From the human T2T-CHM13v2.0 reference genome, Homo sapiens, in NCBI RefSeq assembly GCF_009914755.1, contig NC_060947.1: DNA of 64,000 nucleotides; one strand, 5' to 3'. The notes under the pieces were generated by a model, which was not told the DNA's origin, did no database searches, and saw only the letters and a program-made list of their open reading frames with translations. The position numbers were made by a program, and so were the translations under genes. Shown one piece after another: positions 58,829 to 64,000 of this stretch (the stretch's first letter is position 1; each line of letters opens with the position of its first letter).

Positions 58829-59972
58829 AAATGGAGCTGCCCTATCTCAGTCTACCCAAGAGAGAGGTGAAGTGTGGAGAACCCACAGTCTAGATTACAA
58901 AACAGAGGGAAGAAAATAGAATAAAGGAGAGAGTGTAAGTATTGATCCTTATGTGCAGAGAATGAATCCATTTAGGAAGAGTTTGAATCCTTATTTTCTG
59001 GCTTCTGTTTTTATGCTTCTCAAAGTCATGATCACATATCCTTCTCAAGTCACCCTCATTGTAGGCCATTGAGTCACTGCCAAAGACTCAAGGATTAGTC
59101 CTGGCTTATTTGTTTTAGAAACCAAAAGAGATAGTGTTCCTTCATCCATAGTAAATGCAGCAGAAAGAGTAAAACGTTACCTTAAATCCAATACCCTTGC
59201 CCTGTAAAAGTCCTAACTACAGATGCTTTCAAGAAAATGTGAGCTAAAAAAATGGAGTGAGGCAGACAGCTCCAAGTGCTGAGGACTGTAAGAAGTGCAA
59301 TCTAGACTCTAGAGGACTCTAGAGTGGCTACATTGGCAAATTGTTGTTTCAGCTTCACTAACATATCCCTCTTTGGTACTCATGGTTGTTGCAATCATAT
59401 AACCTTTTCAAGATCTGCCAAGAGATCATCTTTGAGATTATGTAACTTTGCATAACTTGATGTGCAGTCAAGCATGTGGGGCGTGTGAGATAAATCTCTA
59501 AAACAGTACATTTCATTGCGCTTGTAGGAAAACTTGTTTCCCTACTCTAAAAGACAAGGAAAATTGGAAAGGGGTGATGATAGAGAGGTTTTAATTTGGA
59601 AGCCTTTTTCTCATCCCACCTCTGTTCACCAACCTCAGGTTAATCGGGGGAAGCTTGTCCCCCAATCTCAGGTCTGCGCTGGGCCCCTAGTTAGCTAAGA
59701 TGAGACTCAGACTGGCATCTAAGTCCATGTAGCAAGCCCAGTAAATAGCCTGGAACACAGAACTGCCTCCCTAGCCTCACGCCACTTCAAGGAGCAGGCC
59801 TGGCCAACTGCTCCGAGGATGTGTCAGACATACTTGAATGTAAACAGGAAGGAAGATTGAAAACTTTTTGCATTTTGCTGCAGTAGGTAGCTATCTCTTA
59901 GGTGAGGTTGGCTTTGGAGTGATAAAGGCCTGTTGTGCAAGGAACTCCCAGCTTAGTCCTACCTCTTCCTAA

Positions 59973-59990
59973 ACTCCCCCTGCTGGTGCC
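59973..59990 (-). promoter_or_regulatory. Candidate CTCF site
   Basis: Minus strand GGCACCAGCAGGGGGAGT matches the CCASYAGRKGG core in non-repeat sequence. Confidence 0.45.
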
Positions 59991-61249
59991 AAGGCAAGGT
60001 GCTCTCTACTGGGGAAGGAAAAGGGCTGGCCCCTTGGCTTTTTACACATGCTAGGGGATGCAGGGGAGCTCATCACCTCCTCACTCTGCTAGAAGGAAAG
60101 TGGAGACTGTGGGAAAACAGGCATCTTAGAAGCAATAAAAGAAAGAAAGAAAATGTGAATTGAAGCACAATAACATATTCACCATGCCACAGCAGTTTGT
60201 TTTGCTTGTCAGCAGTCTATAGTCCACTTCTTATTATTACAGAATTTGTGTGCATCTCCTGAGCTTCAAACTATTTTTGTTATTCACATCTATTAACTCA
60301 GCTCATCTATGTGTTTATGTTCCTAGAACTGTATTTAGTTTGTCTCATGGTGTGCGGTGTTTTATTATTCAGATCCTCTGTACTTCTACTAGAAATGTGT
60401 TTTAGACACCCAAATAACACTCAGTAATAAAGACACCATAGACATGGTCCCTAGAGACTGGGAGTCTGTCTTCCAAAAGAGGGCTGTTTGGGGGATAAAC
60501 ACTGCTCAGGAAAGTCACTTGTCTCTTGTACCAGACCATAAGGGGTTTACATGGCCTGGGAGAGGGATAGTGCAGATCCTGTTGTATCTTGGACTATGAC
60601 ATCCTCCTGTCCTCACTCCTGGGAATATATGTCTCCCATCTATGCATTCAGTCCCACCCCTCAGTCCACATGATCAGCCTTGGCTTTGAGGCAGAGGGGT
60701 ATTTAAGGAGCTTTAGGCGAGCATTCTGACCTCAGCTTCAAGCTACCTTTCTTACTTCGGTGGCTCTGCCTCTGCTTAATTTAGATGACTTCAGCCCTAC
60801 CTTTTGTCTACCTTTCCTAAACTTGAGCCCATGTCCCTCTTTGATAATTTACAAGATACACTTCATCTCCCTCCTTAGATGAGGAGTTCTGTTGTTTCTT
60901 GGTGGGGTTGGAGGTGTGTGAATCGTAAGTCTGAGTATTGCTGTGAGAATCTGGAAGAATCCCCTGAAACAGCAAGGAATAACTGATCCTCATCCTCCCA
61001 TTCCATATATCCCATCTTCTCTGATTTATGTACTTCCATGTCTTCCTAGAGCCAGGTAAGAAGCTCTAGCTTCTTAGCTTTATTGTCTACTACTCCCTTC
61101 ATCACCACCCGCCCCCCACACAAATATGAGACCAACTCATAGAAACCAGGCCAGATCCAGCTATTCAAAACTGATCATCAAGGCCTTGGAGGTCCCAAGT
61201 TAGTGTCATAGGAATCTCAGTTGAAGATCATCCAGGTTGCTAATCAGAA

Positions 61250-61860
<611 letters not shown>

Positions 61861-62127
61861 GAAAGGCCAGGGTTCTAGAAAGTAGATCTTTTAAATAGCC
61901 ACACCTGCCTGTGCACCAGATACCTTCACAAACAAAAGGTGCTCCAGCACTGACTCAACTATAAACAGCCTTCATTCCTTGTATCTGATTTTGCCCTGCT
62001 TCCAACTCATCGTTGTGGTTCTTCCTTTTTTGTCTGCCCTTGTAGATGAATAAAAAGAAAATGCAACTTGGTACTAGAAAGCTCTGGATTTGAACTCTGG
62101 CTCTTCCACTTACAGATGTGTGTGACC

Positions 62128-62564
62128 TGTCATGCCAAACCCCTGTCAGCTCCAGTGGGGATGGCACCAGGCTCCAGAGGCTGAAGAAGAGACCCAGAGC
62201 TAGTGAACAAGACATAGGGTTTTACTGGGGCTTACGTATGGGGAGATAGTCCAGTGGTGGTGGGCTAGGCAGGAGAACTGCAACCACTTGCAAAAAGCAT
62301 GCAGTTTATATAGCATTTTCACTTAGCATCCTTTCCCTAACAACCTCCATTTGGCAACCTTTACGCAACCCAAAACTTGGGCCCCCAAGCCCCTGTATGG
62401 TCCGTGTTCCACGGGACAGGCAGGGGGCTCAGATGTTCCTCATAGACAAGGAAGGACTCCCCAGGCTGGCCACTCTCTAGCTGGGAACACACACTCAGGT
62501 GCATGTGCTATACAGAGTGGTTCTCTGGGAATGCTTGTTATTGCTTAGGTGCATTTACCATACA
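62128..62564 (-). mobile_element. Solo ERV LTR (LTR47-like) inserted into a MIR (MIR ~62070-62127 and 62565-62725)
   Basis: TG...CA termini; perfect 5-bp TSD TGACC splitting the MIR motif tgtgacctt; antisense TATA (tttatatag). Confidence 0.75.
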
Positions 62565-63399
62565 TGACCTTAAGCAAATTTCTTTACCTTCTAAGGCTTG
62601 CTTTCTTCACCTCTAAAATGCAAAAGAATATCATCTACCTCTCAGAGCTGTCTCAGGATTAAATGAGATAACATACATAAAGAATACCTATAGCACCCAG
62701 CCTACAGTAGATGCTCAGTACATGGTGTCTGTCATTCCATCTTGGATCAAGCCATTGAGGTGGCACCTCTTCCACCTATATGCAAGGCTAGTGTAGTCTA
62801 ATGAGATGACAAAGGAAAATGTGTGTTTTGCTCTTCATATTTGAACCTAGCTATGATTTTTATTTGAGCTAGAACACTTTCCTCCACAACCATGTGGCTT
62901 ATCTCTCCCAGAGACAGCTCCAGCAAACAGATTTTTTTGTTGACTTGGCCCAATAACCACCTTTTGAAGCCCCTCATTGCCAGTCCCTCACTATGCTCCA
63001 ATAAGCACTGCTTGTACTGGGTGGACCCAGAAGATGGGAACTGGAAAAGCAAAACAAGGTCAGGCCTTAAAACTAAGTAAGACTTAGAGGCAGTGTGGTC
63101 AAAGATGGGATGAAGGACGAGCAGGTCAAAATAATGTTCAGACGTGATTCCAGGGGCACAGCCACTCTGCCATGGTACACCCCTTAGGTATGGTTCAGTG
63201 CATTTCTTGAGGGACAAGGTGTGCCTCGTATGTTTTTAAAGGAGCCAAGCGAATCCAGACACCCACTTTAGTTCACTGAAGTGCACAGCCCAACCACAAG
63301 TGTAGTGTGGCTGCTACATTCCCAAATTGTCAACCAAAATATATGAGAATGCCCCTGGGACCTCTTCCGAGATTGTGGAGAGGGGTGGGTCCAAACCAA

Positions 63400-63810
63400 T
63401 CCCTCTTCTGCTCAAAAAATTAGAAATAACTTCTTATTGACTGCTGAATGAACTGCAGACTCAGCTCACAGCATTCAAGTGTTTTTCACAAGTTAATGTC
63501 AACCTGCCTGGCCAGGCTTACTTCACCTTGCTTTCCTATCCACACCCACCCTTCAGCCACACAGCACTGTTCATTCCCTGAACATGCCCCCACACACTCC
63601 CACCTCTGTGTCTTTGATAATTATTTGTGACTTCTTCCCTGTCCTTCATCTCTACCTACTTCAATCCTTCACAGTTCCTCTGAAAAAATGGACTGTCCCA
63701 TGAGTCCTTTCCTGATCCCCCAAGTCTCCTCCAACTGGCCTATTTTCTCTGAACTATGATAGAATTTACTTCTATCTCACTTGTGACATGGATTCTAGTT
63801 TGTGCCTAGG
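63400..63810 (+). mobile_element. L2 fragment
   Basis: 'ctcttctgctcaaaa...cacagcattcaag...ttcagccacac...cctttcctga'. Confidence 0.6.
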
Positions 63811-64000
63811 TTGTGGCCCTTGCTAGGGTTCCAACATCGCAGGCAAGTCTGGTAATTTGGAGGAACAGTGGTAGGGAAGAGGGCCTCCGAAGAGATAAAG
63901 TCTCCTGACGGAAGGCAACAGCCAAGTGCAACAGAGCTGACTCAGGCACGAATCTGCCTCCAGCCCAGAATCCTCGAATGCAGGCCGGTGTCCTATCCAG

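Overview
Hominoid (human-like) nuclear DNA, mostly interspersed repeats: Alu (J/S/Y), a full-length ~6.04 kb minus-strand L1PA2-type LINE-1, older L1M/L1PB, L2, MIR, ERV LTRs (LTR12, THE1, MST, MLT1), an ERVL-like gag remnant and hAT/Tigger MITEs. No CRISPR, rRNA or tRNA gene was seen, and nearly all ORFs in the track are repeat artefacts. The best non-repeat coding signal is a plus-strand candidate terminal exon (37777-37952) ending in a CaaX prenylation motif (KIRGK-CHLL*). It is absent from the ORF track and I cannot name the gene. If real, most of 1-37.7 kb is probably intronic. Most interesting observations: (i) the L1 antisense ORF0 splice donor is in frame with that CaaX exon (predicted 93-aa fusion); (ii) several locally templated inverted duplications or palindromes (5.2-5.7 kb, 11.9-13.7 kb, 50.55 kb, 50.8 kb); (iii) an ~815-bp purine/pyrimidine-alternating expansion of an Alu tail; (iv) a diverged module duplicated 303 bp apart at 58.4-58.9 kb. 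I cannot establish a new biological system from sequence alone. Repeat subfamilies were assigned by eye from remembered consensus features and old-repeat boundaries are approximate.
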